From assembly GCA_035295845.1 (NCBI GenBank), contig DATGIF010000027.1, positions 120,424-152,423 on the forward strand: DNA of 32,000 nucleotides. Direction: 5' to 3'. This document shows positions 16,853-24,267 of this stretch, piece after piece. Both the position numbers and the translations under genes were made by a program. The notes under the pieces were generated by a model, which was not told the origin of the DNA, did no database searches, and saw nothing but the letters and a program-made list of their open reading frames with translations. Within the stretch, counting starts at the first letter, position 1. Each line of letters opens with the position of its first letter. Source of the DNA: Xanthobacteraceae bacterium. GTDB taxonomy: Bacteria > Pseudomonadota > Alphaproteobacteria > Rhizobiales > Xanthobacteraceae.

Positions 16853-17180
16853 CAGGTCGCCCGGCTCCGGCCGCTCGATGAGATTTAAAAATAGAAACCG
16901 GCTGTGACGCGGATCCGGAGGCGGCGCTTCGCGCCCTTGACAAAACAATTCTTTCGAAACACACGGCCGCCGTTGCGATCGGCGGCTTTCTCTGATCGAT
17001 AAAGAGATCAAGCTGCACGATCCGCCGCTCGGAACCCGCGCACGCCGGCCGCGCGCAGCGGCTGATCCTCAATGCGCGCTGGGGCGAATTCGTTCACGCG
17101 CGATCTTCCAGATGCCCAATTGACGACACCTTCGGTTCACGATTGGTCGCGTTCGTGTGAATGTGCCGGAACGCGTCGCG

Positions 17181-17495
17181 TCAATGCGCGGTGCGTCGCC
17201 GGGCAGCGGCGAGCTTCTCGGCCGACGCGCGCAGGGCACGCTCGTGCTCTTCCAGAATCTTCAGCGTACAGATGAAGACGTCGAGGGTCAGTTCGTCATC
17301 GCGCGTGCACGAGCCGAACGCCTTGAGCCGGGCAATGCTTTCGCGCTGCTGGGCCACGATCAGCCGGCCCTGCGCCACGTGCCGCACCGCAGTGGCGAGG
17401 TCGGTCTCCAATTCGGCCGCGAGAGTTGTCGGCACGGGTCCATTGGCGGCCGGCCCGCCGCTTCCGTATTCTCGTGGCCAACAATCTAACAGCAT
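17181..17495 (-). CDS. Small (104 aa) predicted coiled-coil protein of unknown function
   Basis: ATG 17495 is preceded by GGAGGAGGG. The C-terminal half VRHVAQGRLIVAQQRESIARLKAFG...LKILEEHERALRASAEKL is helical/heptad-like. The N-terminal part of track ORF 17181..17609 overlaps the upstream gene and was rejected. Confidence 0.5.
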   Translation of the reverse strand: MLLDCWPREYGSGGPAANGPVPTTLAAELETDLATAVRHVAQGRLIVAQQRESIARLKAFGSCTRDDELTLDVFICTLKILEEHERALRASAEKLAAARRRTAH

Positions 17496-17722
17496 CCCTC
17501 CTCCGGCAACGGCGGCGAGCGCGGCGAATAATAGGTCGCGTCCGACGGCTGCGCCCACGATGCCGGCGGCTCGTCGGCTTCGGTCACGGTCTCGCGGCAG
17601 GGTTTGCACTGATAGGTGCGCAGTTCGGGTAAGGCACCGATTTTCGGCACCGAGCCCACAAAACCCATCGGCTGGCGGCAGCGCGGGCAGAGCGGAGCGG
17701 ATTGGCGATGGTCCTCGTGCAT
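17486..17722 (-). CDS. Small (78 aa) zinc-ribbon protein (CPRC...CKPC)
   Basis: Two CxxC pairs 25 residues apart (LCPRCRQPM ... YQCKPCRETV). The C-terminal tail is Pro/Ser-rich and ends in CC. Its stop lies 10 nt inside the downstream gene. Confidence 0.55.
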   Translation of the reverse strand: MHEDHRQSAPLCPRCRQPMGFVGSVPKIGALPELRTYQCKPCRETVTEADEPPASWAQPSDATYYSPRSPPLPEEGCC

Positions 17723-17784
17723 CGGCTAGCTGTCCCCCGGGGCGGGCGTCGCGACATTGATCCAGCGCAAAGTTTTAAGGCTGA

Positions 17785-18093
17785 AACCGGCAGCCGCCCC
17801 TGCTCCGCCGGCTTTCCCCCTCTTGCGACAGTAGCGGCGATGACCGGGTTCCGCCCCCGATCTTGAACATCAAAGCGCGGCTCGGCGGCGCCGAGCTGGT
17901 GCGCCGCCGGCTTGACCAGAAGATGCACCAGATCAGCGCCGCGATGCTCGACTTCCGCCTCGGCGACGTCACGGCACTGCCGATTGCCGCGCAACTGCGC
18001 CATCACGGCGTTCCGTTCGGGTTCTTCACCGGCCAGCCGAACACACGCCAGATCGAAAGCGCCTGTCCGGGCAGGGATGGGACGAGAAGCCGA
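17785..18093 (+). pseudogene. Possible decayed response-regulator receiver domain
   Basis: This frame reads SAAMLDFRLGDVTALPIAAQLRHHGVPFGFFTGQ, which resembles the beta3-alpha3-beta4 region of stand-alone receivers (DAALLDxxLGD...PxAxxLxxxGxPFxFxTGY). There is no ATG, the N-terminal acidic pocket is degenerate, and the expected KP motif appears only in another frame (WDEKPIT). Confidence 0.3.
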
Positions 18094-18414
18094 TTACTTC
18101 CCCACCACCACCACCTTGCCGACCATGTTGGGGTGGAATTTGCAGTAATAATCCAGCGTGCCGGTCACCTTGACGACGATGCTCGCCTTGCCCTTTACGG
18201 GGATCATCACGTCGAAGCCGCCGTTGCGGGCGGTCGCGGTGTGGGCGACGATGTCCGCGTTCGTCCACTGTATCGTATCGCCGGCGTGCACAGTGATTTC
18301 TGCCGGCACGAAGGCGAGGTTTTCGATTTTCACCTGAATGGTTTCGGCGCGCGCCGATCCCGCCGCATGGACGAGAACGAGCGCGCCGAACATTCGGGCG
18401 GTCAAGCCACACAT
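18094..18414 (-). CDS. Cupredoxin (plastocyanin/amicyanin-like type-1 blue copper protein), periplasmic
   Basis: Signal peptide MCGLTARMFGALVLVHAAGSARA. The type-1 Cu ligand pattern is present: H (IVAHTA) and C-x2-H-x2-M (YYCKFHPNM). Confidence 0.8.
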   Translation of the reverse strand: MCGLTARMFGALVLVHAAGSARAETIQVKIENLAFVPAEITVHAGDTIQWTNADIVAHTATARNGGFDVMIPVKGKASIVVKVTGTLDYYCKFHPNMVGKVVVVGK

Positions 18415-18424
18415 ATCTGCGCTC

Positions 18425-18949
18425 TTATTTGAGCTTTGCCGCGACTTGCTCGGCGTGCTGCTCGTGACCCTGGAAGATCTTCAGGCCGGTCTGCAGCAGC
18501 TCTTTGAGCTCGGCGTTGCTCGCCGACGGGATGAGCGTCTTCTCCAGCGCGCCGTTGACGGCCTTATGGTAGGCGACCTCGTTCTCGATGTAGGCCTTGT
18601 CGAAGGCGGCGCCGCTCAGCTTGGCGAGCTCGTCGCGTTTTTCCTTGGCCTGTTTGGCCAGCGCCTTGCTGGTATCGTTGTCCTCCGGCGTGACCTTCAG
18701 CTTCTTGACCAGCGCCAATGCCTTGTCGTTGACCGCCTTGTGGTCGCGTTGCATGTCCTGGGCGAAGGCGCGAACCTCCTTGTTCTTGCTCTTCGCCAAC
18801 GCCTGCTTGGCGGCGTCGATATCGAGCTGGCCCGCCGTGTAGGCGATGTGCGCGATCTGCGGATCGGTCGGTTTGGCGCCTTGCGCCGACGCCGTGCCGG
18901 TGGCGATTACCATGGCGGCAAGCGCGCCGGCTATCTTAATGAACTTCAT
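18425..18949 (-). CDS. DUF4142 domain periplasmic protein
   Basis: Signal peptide MKFIKIAGALAAMVIATGTASAQG. Two ferritin-like helical repeats are typical of DUF4142 (VRAFAQDMQRDHKAVNDKA, FDKAYIENEVAYHKAV). The gene ends 10 nt before the cupredoxin start. Confidence 0.8.
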   Translation of the reverse strand: MKFIKIAGALAAMVIATGTASAQGAKPTDPQIAHIAYTAGQLDIDAAKQALAKSKNKEVRAFAQDMQRDHKAVNDKALALVKKLKVTPEDNDTSKALAKQAKEKRDELAKLSGAAFDKAYIENEVAYHKAVNGALEKTLIPSASNAELKELLQTGLKIFQGHEQHAEQVAAKLK

Positions 18950-19007
18950 TAGGAATCTCCCTTCGTCACCGTGACGGCCGAGCGGCCGTGGCTTTGTCTT
19001 GACCGCT

Positions 19008-19036
19008 ATTGGATGGGGCAGCGGCGGAAAGGTTCC
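19008..19036 (-). promoter_or_regulatory. Candidate ECF-type promoter P2: GGAACCTTTCCGCCGCTGCCCCATCCAAT
   Basis: The minus-strand sequence ends 58 nt upstream of the DUF4142 ATG. It shares GGAACCTTT and CATCYAAT, with identical spacing, with the element upstream of the sigma gene. Confidence 0.5.
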
Positions 19037-19063
19037 CGGAATTTTCGTGCCATGGCGGGCTGG

Positions 19064-19131
19064 TCCCGGCCATTCGCGTCTTCAGAGCTTCAGCCGTAAG
19101 ACGTGGATGCCGGGCATGAGGCCGGGCATGA
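19064..19131. repeat. Imperfect GC-rich palindromic (REP-like) element with a tandem GCCGGGCATGA duplication
   Basis: Arms CCCGGCCATTCGCGTCTT and AAGACGTGGATGCCGGG are imperfectly complementary. GCCGGGCATGA is repeated at 19109 and 19121. Confidence 0.4.
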
Positions 19132-19185
19132 CGAGATCAAAGGGAGCCTGGTGCCGATACGAGGTATTTTGTGCGATCCGAGAAA

Positions 19186-19238
19186 GCCGTCGATCGCAAT
19201 GGCAGCAAAAAGTTTCGGCCGCCATTGCAATCGACGGC
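19186..19238 (-). terminator. Long hairpin terminator just downstream of the sigma-factor gene
   Basis: 18-bp arms GCCGTCGATCGCAATGGC / GCCATTGCAATCGACGGC with one mismatch and a 17-nt loop. On the minus strand the stem is followed by TTTCTC. Confidence 0.55.
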
Positions 19239-19256
19239 GGAATGCGACGAGCTAAG

Positions 19257-19958
19257 TTAACCGCCGGCCGCTCCTCCCATCTCCCGCAGCCGCGCGACCA
19301 CCGCGTCGGCCATGCGCTGACAGCGCGCGCCGTCGAACGGGAAGACGTCGGTGAGCAGCGGACCGACCCGGCGTTCCAGATCGCCGCGCAGCAGGGCGCG
19401 CGCGCGGTGCAGCCGGGTTTTCACGGTCTGCGGCCGCAAGCCCAACAGCTCGGCGGTTTCCTCGATGCTCATGTCCTCGACCAGCCGCGCCACCAGGACG
19501 AGGCGAAACGGCTCCGGCAGCGCGTCAATCGCGCGCTCCAGAATTTTGTTGATTTGTTGCTGCGCCATGCTGCGTTCGGGATCGGGTTGCGAGGACCACA
19601 GGGGAAACGGAATGATCTGCGCCTCGGTCACGCCGGCGGTTTCGATGTTCTCGACATTGACCGACGCGCGCCGGCGGCGCAGACGGCCATACGCTTCGTT
19701 GAGCGCAATGCGCGTGAGCCAGGTCGACAGGCTCGACTCGCCGCGAAACTCGGACAGGTGGGTAAACGCCCGCACGTAGCTTTCCTGCACCACGTCCTCG
19801 GCGTCGTGCTCGTCGCGCACGATCGAGCGGGCGAGCCGAAACAGGCGCCGGTTGTTCTGCTGCACGATGGTGCGCAGCGCCGTCTCCTCGCCGCGCCGGG
19901 CCCGGGCCAGAAGATCGTCCTGCATCGCCAGCGCGGCCGTCATCTGCTGCTTGGCCAT
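19257..19958 (-). CDS. ECF (sigma-70 family group 4) RNA polymerase sigma factor with a short C-terminal extension
   Basis: Region 2 is DAEDVVQESYVRAFTHLSEFRGESSLSTWLTRIALNEA. Region 4 is LPEPFRLVLVARLVEDMSIEETAELLGLRPQTVKTRLHRAR. About 35 extra residues follow (VGPLLTDVFPFDGARCQRMADAVVARLREMGG). An AAGAGG RBS precedes the start. Confidence 0.9.
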   Translation of the reverse strand: MAKQQMTAALAMQDDLLARARRGEETALRTIVQQNNRRLFRLARSIVRDEHDAEDVVQESYVRAFTHLSEFRGESSLSTWLTRIALNEAYGRLRRRRASVNVENIETAGVTEAQIIPFPLWSSQPDPERSMAQQQINKILERAIDALPEPFRLVLVARLVEDMSIEETAELLGLRPQTVKTRLHRARALLRGDLERRVGPLLTDVFPFDGARCQRMADAVVARLREMGGAAGG

Positions 19959-19999
19959 TCCGCCTCTTTCGGTTCGCGACTTTTGCTGTTCGGACGCGC

Positions 20000-20028
20000 A
20001 TTAGATGCCGGCAGCGCCAAAAGGTTCC
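20000..20028 (-). promoter_or_regulatory. Candidate autoregulatory ECF-type promoter P1: GGAACCTTTTGGCGCTGCCGGCATCTAAT
   Basis: The minus-strand sequence ends 41 nt upstream of the sigma ATG. Its architecture matches P2 at 19008..19036. Confidence 0.5.
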
Positions 20029-20162
20029 TGGAAATCCCGCTCGAGCACCGGGCCTCGCCGTGCCGGCGCCATAATCCACCATAACCCTCGGAGCGGGCTT
20101 CACAATCCCGTCACCTCTGCCTATAAACTAACGGCCAAGGCCGCCTAGCGGCAACGAGTCGT

Positions 20163-20762
20163 GTGCCAGGAGCCAACTTGAACGTCCACGTCCCCGCCCC
20201 GTCAACGGCGCCCTTGGTCGGCCCGTCCGGATTCCCGGCACTGGTGCTCAACGCCGACTTTCGCCCGCTGAGCTACTACCCGCTGTCGCTGTGGTCCTGG
20301 CAGGACGCCATCAAGGCCGTCTTCCTGGAGCGGGTCAACATCGTCGCCAACTACGACCGCGCGGTGCGCAGCCCGAGCCTGGAGATGAAGCTGCCCAGCG
20401 TGGTGTCGCTGAAGACCTACGTGAAGCCGTCGACGCACCCGGCATTCACGCGCTTCAACGTGTTCCTGCGCGACCGCTTCGTCTGCCAGTATTGCGGCGC
20501 CCGCGACGACCTGACGTTCGATCACCTGCTGCCGCGTTCGCGCGGCGGCCACACCACGTGGGACAACGTCGTCGCCGCCTGCTCGCCCTGCAACCTGCGC
20601 AAGGGCAACATGACGATGGCGGAGTCCAACATGTGGCCGTCGCAAAAGCCGTTCCAGCCGTCGGTGCAGCACCTGCACCGCAACGGCCGGCTGTTTCCGC
20701 CGAACTATCTGCACGACAGCTGGCTCGACTATCTGTATTGGGACACCGAGCTCGATCCGTAA
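20163..20762 (+). CDS. HNH endonuclease family protein
   Basis: HNH motif CQYCGARDDLTFDHLLPRSRGGHTTWDNVVAACSPCNLRKG. The track start is GTG 20163. A TTG at 20177 preceded by GGAG is an alternative. Confidence 0.85.
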   Translation: MPGANLNVHVPAPSTAPLVGPSGFPALVLNADFRPLSYYPLSLWSWQDAIKAVFLERVNIVANYDRAVRSPSLEMKLPSVVSLKTYVKPSTHPAFTRFNVFLRDRFVCQYCGARDDLTFDHLLPRSRGGHTTWDNVVAACSPCNLRKGNMTMAESNMWPSQKPFQPSVQHLHRNGRLFPPNYLHDSWLDYLYWDTELDP

Positions 20763-20774
20763 GCTCTGACTGTC

Positions 20775-20861
20775 ATCGTCCGCGCAAGCGGACGATCCAG
20801 TAACCTCAGCGATCGATTTTCTTGCGCAGTGTTTACTGGATGTCCCGCTTTCGCGAGACAT
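20775..20861. repeat. Inverted pair of REP-like hairpins between convergent genes
   Basis: Hairpin 1 is ATCGTCCGC-GCAA-GCGGACGAT (20775-20796). Hairpin 2 is ATGTCCCGC-TTTC-GCGAGACAT (20840-20861). Each is flanked by CCAGTAA / TTACTGG in inverted orientation. They probably act as a bidirectional terminator. Confidence 0.5.
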
Positions 20862-20880
20862 GACACGCACCAATAAGCAT

Positions 20881-21954
20881 CTACTCCGCCGCTTCCTTGC
20901 GCACGCCGGCAAACGCCGGGGCGACTTCGGCCATGAAGCGCGACATCTCGTCTTTGACCTGATTGTGCGGCTTCAAGCCGACATTGGCGTAAAGGATCAC
21001 CTCGGCAATTCCGGCGGCCTCGACTTTCTTCAAGGTCTCGATCATGCGCGCCGGCGAGCCGAGCAGCACGGAATTTTCCGTCAAATCCTCGGGCTTCACC
21101 TTCTGCAGGCGGTCGACGATGTCGATGAAATAGCGGTAGCTCGGCGGCGCGGTTTTGGGATCGCCCGGGAACGCCGGGATCACGCACTCTTTATAGTAGC
21201 GAATCTGCCGGGCGCGAGCAGCGTCCTCGGCGGCCTTGTCGTCAGCGAAATGCAAAAAATAGCTGCACATCATGCGGCCCGGCTTCTTGCCGTGCCTGAT
21301 GCAGGTCTCGTTATAGAGGTCGGCGACCTGCTTGAGGCCGCCGAAGCTCATGGCGGCGGCGAACGGCGCCACGATCAGGCTGCAGCCGAGCCGCGCCGCG
21401 AGCTCGATCGACGGTTTCGAGAATGAGCCGACGTAGGTCGGCAGCGGCCGCTGCACCGGCTTCGGCGTGATGCGCACGTCGTCAAACGAATAATATTTGC
21501 CGTGGTGCGAGATGCGGCCCTCGGCCGCCCAGAGCTTGCGCACGAGCTCGAGGCCTTCCTCGAAGATGCCCTGGTTGTCGTCGAACGAGACGTGGAACGG
21601 CGCGTATTCGCGCTTGTCGTAGCCGCGGCCGCAGGCGAAATCGACGCGGCCGCCGGACAAAAGATCGAGCGTCGCCCATTGTTCGGCGACCCGGATCGGA
21701 TGATGCAGCGGCAGCACGGTGACGGCCGGCGCCAGCCGGATGCGCTTGGTGTTGGCCGCCACATAGGCCAGCACCATGTCGGGGCAGGACAGCACGCCGA
21801 GCGAGTTGAAATGATGCTCGCCGATCCAGGCCGAGTGCATGCCGACCTTCTCGGCATGCAGCGCCTCGGCGGTGATGTCGGCGACGAACTGGTTCGAGGA
21901 GCGCGTGTTGACGGCGTAATGATTGTCGCTGAGCGTAAAATAGCCGAAGTCCAT
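20881..21954 (-). CDS. LLM-class (luciferase-like) flavin-dependent oxidoreductase
   Basis: ATG 21954 is preceded by GGGAGGG. The product begins MDFGYFTLSDNHY...MHSAWIGEHHFNSLG and has a TIM-barrel LLM signature. The rest of track ORF 20881..23430 is read-through antisense/out of frame with the UbiD gene. Confidence 0.85.
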   Translation of the reverse strand: MDFGYFTLSDNHYAVNTRSSNQFVADITAEALHAEKVGMHSAWIGEHHFNSLGVLSCPDMVLAYVAANTKRIRLAPAVTVLPLHHPIRVAEQWATLDLLSGGRVDFACGRGYDKREYAPFHVSFDDNQGIFEEGLELVRKLWAAEGRISHHGKYYSFDDVRITPKPVQRPLPTYVGSFSKPSIELAARLGCSLIVAPFAAAMSFGGLKQVADLYNETCIRHGKKPGRMMCSYFLHFADDKAAEDAARARQIRYYKECVIPAFPGDPKTAPPSYRYFIDIVDRLQKVKPEDLTENSVLLGSPARMIETLKKVEAAGIAEVILYANVGLKPHNQVKDEMSRFMAEVAPAFAGVRKEAAE

Positions 21955-21965
21955 GCCGCCCTCCC

Positions 21966-23537
21966 TCACTCGACCGGCGTGCCCGGCGCCGCGTCTTCGA
22001 ACACGGTGACCGCCGGCGGCTGGCCGGCGAAGCCGAGCTCGCTCCAGCGCGCCACCACCTGCTCGTACATCGGCTTCGACAGCTTGGTGCGCTTGGAAAA
22101 GTTCTTGATGTAGCGATAGTCCATGCAGGCGTTGATCAGCGCCTTGGAGCCCCACGGCCGGATCTCCGGCGGATTGAGGCTTGGATCGAGAAACGTGCTC
22201 CAGGTCTCGCGCAGGATGTCGATCGATTGCGCCGGGCGCGAGCGCGTCGCCATCGCCCACAGCACCTGATGGACGTTGGTCGGATCGACGTCGTCGTCGA
22301 CCACGATGACGTATTTGCCGAAATAGGCGCCGGCGGTGGTCTGTGCGGCGAGCGCCATGACCTGCGGGGCGTGGCCGGCATACATTTGTTTGATCGACAC
22401 CACGGTCATGCCCCAGCCGGCGGCTTCCGGGATCGACCACACGCCCTGAATGCCGGGCACGCCGAGCTTTTGCAGATCGGCCCAGATCGCCGCTGAGCGC
22501 AGCGCCGCCCAGAACAGGCCGGCCTCGTTGGCCGGACCGTCCGCCATCAAGGCGCAGGTCAGCGTCGGATTGTTGCGGAAGCGCACTTTTTCCACGCGCA
22601 TATACGGCGTGGCGCCGCTCGGCCGCCCGTAATAGCCGGTGAACTCGCCGAACGGGCCTTCGGCGAACGTCTCGTCGGGATAAACAAAACCCTCGAGAAT
22701 GATTTCGGCGCGGGCCGGCAGCGGCAGCCCGGTGACGTCGCTGCGAAACAGCTCGATCGGCGCGCCGTTGATGCCGCCGTAATACTCGTACTCGCTCTCG
22801 GTCTTGGGAAAGCTCGTCGCTGCCACCAGAAACAACAGCGGATCGATGCCGTAAGCCGCCGCGATCGGCATCGGCTTGCCCATCTTCCACCACTTCTCGC
22901 GGTCGATCGTGGCGTCCTTGCCGGGCGAGGTGTAGACGCCGATCTCGCGCGGGCCTTTGATCATCATGCGGTAGGTGCCGACATTGATGCGGCCGGTCTC
23001 CGGGCATTGCGTCACCACCGCGTCGCCGGTGCCGAGATAAAGCCCGCCGTCGAGCGGCCACATGCGCTGCGCCGGAAATTGCCTTATATCGATGGCATCG
23101 CCGGTGACGATGTTCTGATTGCAGATCGCCGCCTCGGCCGGCACCTCCTTGGGCTTTTGGGTGCGGCCCATCTTGCGCTGCAAGGCCTGCACCGCCTTGA
23201 GCGGATGATCGACCGGCGCTTCGCCGATCATCAGGCAGAAGCGCGACAGATTGCAGCCGATCATGTTGTAGAGCGCGCGATGGCCGGGATGGCCCTTGAT
23301 GTTCTCGAACAACAAAGCCGGGCTTTTCTCGCTGCCGGCCAGATAGGTGATGGTGGCGGCTTCGAGATCGGGGTCGACCTCGGCGCTGATGCGCTTGAGC
23401 TCGCCCACGGCTTCGACCTTGGCGAGCCATTCATCGAGGTCGCTGGCATTGCGGCTGCGCGCCGGAACGGTGACGGTCTCATTCGCCGCCTCGCGCTTCT
23501 CGGCCGTGCCGACGCTCACGCTCATGTCCATGGCCAA
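21966..23537 (-). CDS. UbiD-family (prFMN-dependent) decarboxylase
   Basis: About 520 aa with UbiD blocks RMWPLDGGLYLGTG, GTYRMM, EGPFGEFTGYYG and YVIVVDDDVD. The track start at 23537 is TTG, and ATGs at 23531 and 23525 are alternatives. It ends 11 nt before the LLM gene. Confidence 0.9.
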   Translation of the reverse strand: MAMDMSVSVGTAEKREAANETVTVPARSRNASDLDEWLAKVEAVGELKRISAEVDPDLEAATITYLAGSEKSPALLFENIKGHPGHRALYNMIGCNLSRFCLMIGEAPVDHPLKAVQALQRKMGRTQKPKEVPAEAAICNQNIVTGDAIDIRQFPAQRMWPLDGGLYLGTGDAVVTQCPETGRINVGTYRMMIKGPREIGVYTSPGKDATIDREKWWKMGKPMPIAAAYGIDPLLFLVAATSFPKTESEYEYYGGINGAPIELFRSDVTGLPLPARAEIILEGFVYPDETFAEGPFGEFTGYYGRPSGATPYMRVEKVRFRNNPTLTCALMADGPANEAGLFWAALRSAAIWADLQKLGVPGIQGVWSIPEAAGWGMTVVSIKQMYAGHAPQVMALAAQTTAGAYFGKYVIVVDDDVDPTNVHQVLWAMATRSRPAQSIDILRETWSTFLDPSLNPPEIRPWGSKALINACMDYRYIKNFSKRTKLSKPMYEQVVARWSELGFAGQPPAVTVFEDAAPGTPVE

Positions 23538-23580
23538 AATCCTACCCTGCCGCCGCTGCTGCCCGCCGCCGTCGCCGACC

Positions 23581-23612
23581 TTATTGATTATCGGCGCCGG
23601 CGCAAAGCGCCG
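23581..23612. promoter_or_regulatory. Box A: TTATTGATTATCGGCGCCGGCGCAAAGCGCCG, upstream of the UbiD operon
   Basis: 28 of 32 positions are identical to box B at 24268. On the minus strand it contains GATAAT about 50 nt upstream of the UbiD start. It lies 4 nt downstream of the GST stop. Confidence 0.4.
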
Positions 23613-23616
23613 CGTC

Positions 23617-24222
23617 CTAGCGGCTGGTTGGTGGCGCCGTTTCCTGCAGCGAGGGCATCGCCGAGATCGGCCGCAGCCAAGCGGCGAGGCCGGGGCGCCC
23701 TTCGGTCAGATCGCCAAAGCCGCGGGCCCGCGCAAATTCCAACGCTGCGGCAAGAATGAGGTGCGCCATGCGCGGCGGCGGCTGCAGCAATGCTTGCCTC
23801 ACCTCGGCTTCAAACACATCCGCCAGCCGTCCGGCACGGGCGGCCTCATGCGCAAGCAAGGTCGGCGACCGTTCGTTCTGCGGTCGGCTCATTTCACGTA
23901 TCCAAACCGCAATGCCGTCGCAGAAGCTGCGTGCCATCGCCTCGAGCCGGCGGTACGGCCAGTCCGAATCATCGCGGTGAAAGCGGGGCTTGCCGTTGAG
24001 GCTGTCGAGATAGGCGCAGATGACTTGACTGTCCTCAAAGCCGATCCCGGCATCATCGATGAGGTAGGGCACCCGGCCGGAAGGATTGATTCGATAATAG
24101 GGACTGTCGACGGTGCGCGTCTTGGCCTCGATGATTTCGACGCGTTCACTCAGCCCCTTTTCGACAACCAGAATGCGCGCCAACCGCGCATAGGGCGAAC
24201 CAGGTGTGACGTAAAGCTTCAT
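23617..24222 (-). CDS. Glutathione S-transferase family protein
   Basis: GST N-terminal thioredoxin-like fold (MKLYVTPGSPYARLARILVVEKGL, GRVPYLIDD, DSQVICAYLD) plus a helical C-terminal domain. Confidence 0.85.
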   Translation of the reverse strand: MKLYVTPGSPYARLARILVVEKGLSERVEIIEAKTRTVDSPYYRINPSGRVPYLIDDAGIGFEDSQVICAYLDSLNGKPRFHRDDSDWPYRRLEAMARSFCDGIAVWIREMSRPQNERSPTLLAHEAARAGRLADVFEAEVRQALLQPPPRMAHLILAAALEFARARGFGDLTEGRPGLAAWLRPISAMPSLQETAPPTSR

Positions 24223-24267
24223 AGGTTCTGGGCGCCGACTGGGCCCCCCCTGTGCGACGGCGCGACA

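Noticed and set aside
17723-17860. GGAAC-N17-TGTC on the minus strand upstream of the zinc-ribbon gene as a general-stress promoter
   Set aside because: The -10 part (TGTC) deviates from CGTT at two of four positions. The element overlaps the receiver-domain remnant and is too weak to report as a feature.
17584-18006. 140-aa minus-strand ORF between the cupredoxin and zinc-ribbon genes
   Set aside because: It overlaps the zinc-ribbon gene out of frame and is antisense to the receiver-like frame. It has no motifs.
20163-20762. HNH endonuclease as part of a restriction or defence system
   Set aside because: No methyltransferase, helicase, ATPase or other defence partner is adjacent. It is flanked by an ECF sigma gene and REP hairpins, and the fold alone is insufficient evidence.
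21955-23430. N-terminal part of the 849-aa track ORF 20881..23430 (-)
   Set aside because: It overlaps the UbiD gene out of frame. The LLM oxidoreductase begins at ATG 21954 with a strong RBS.
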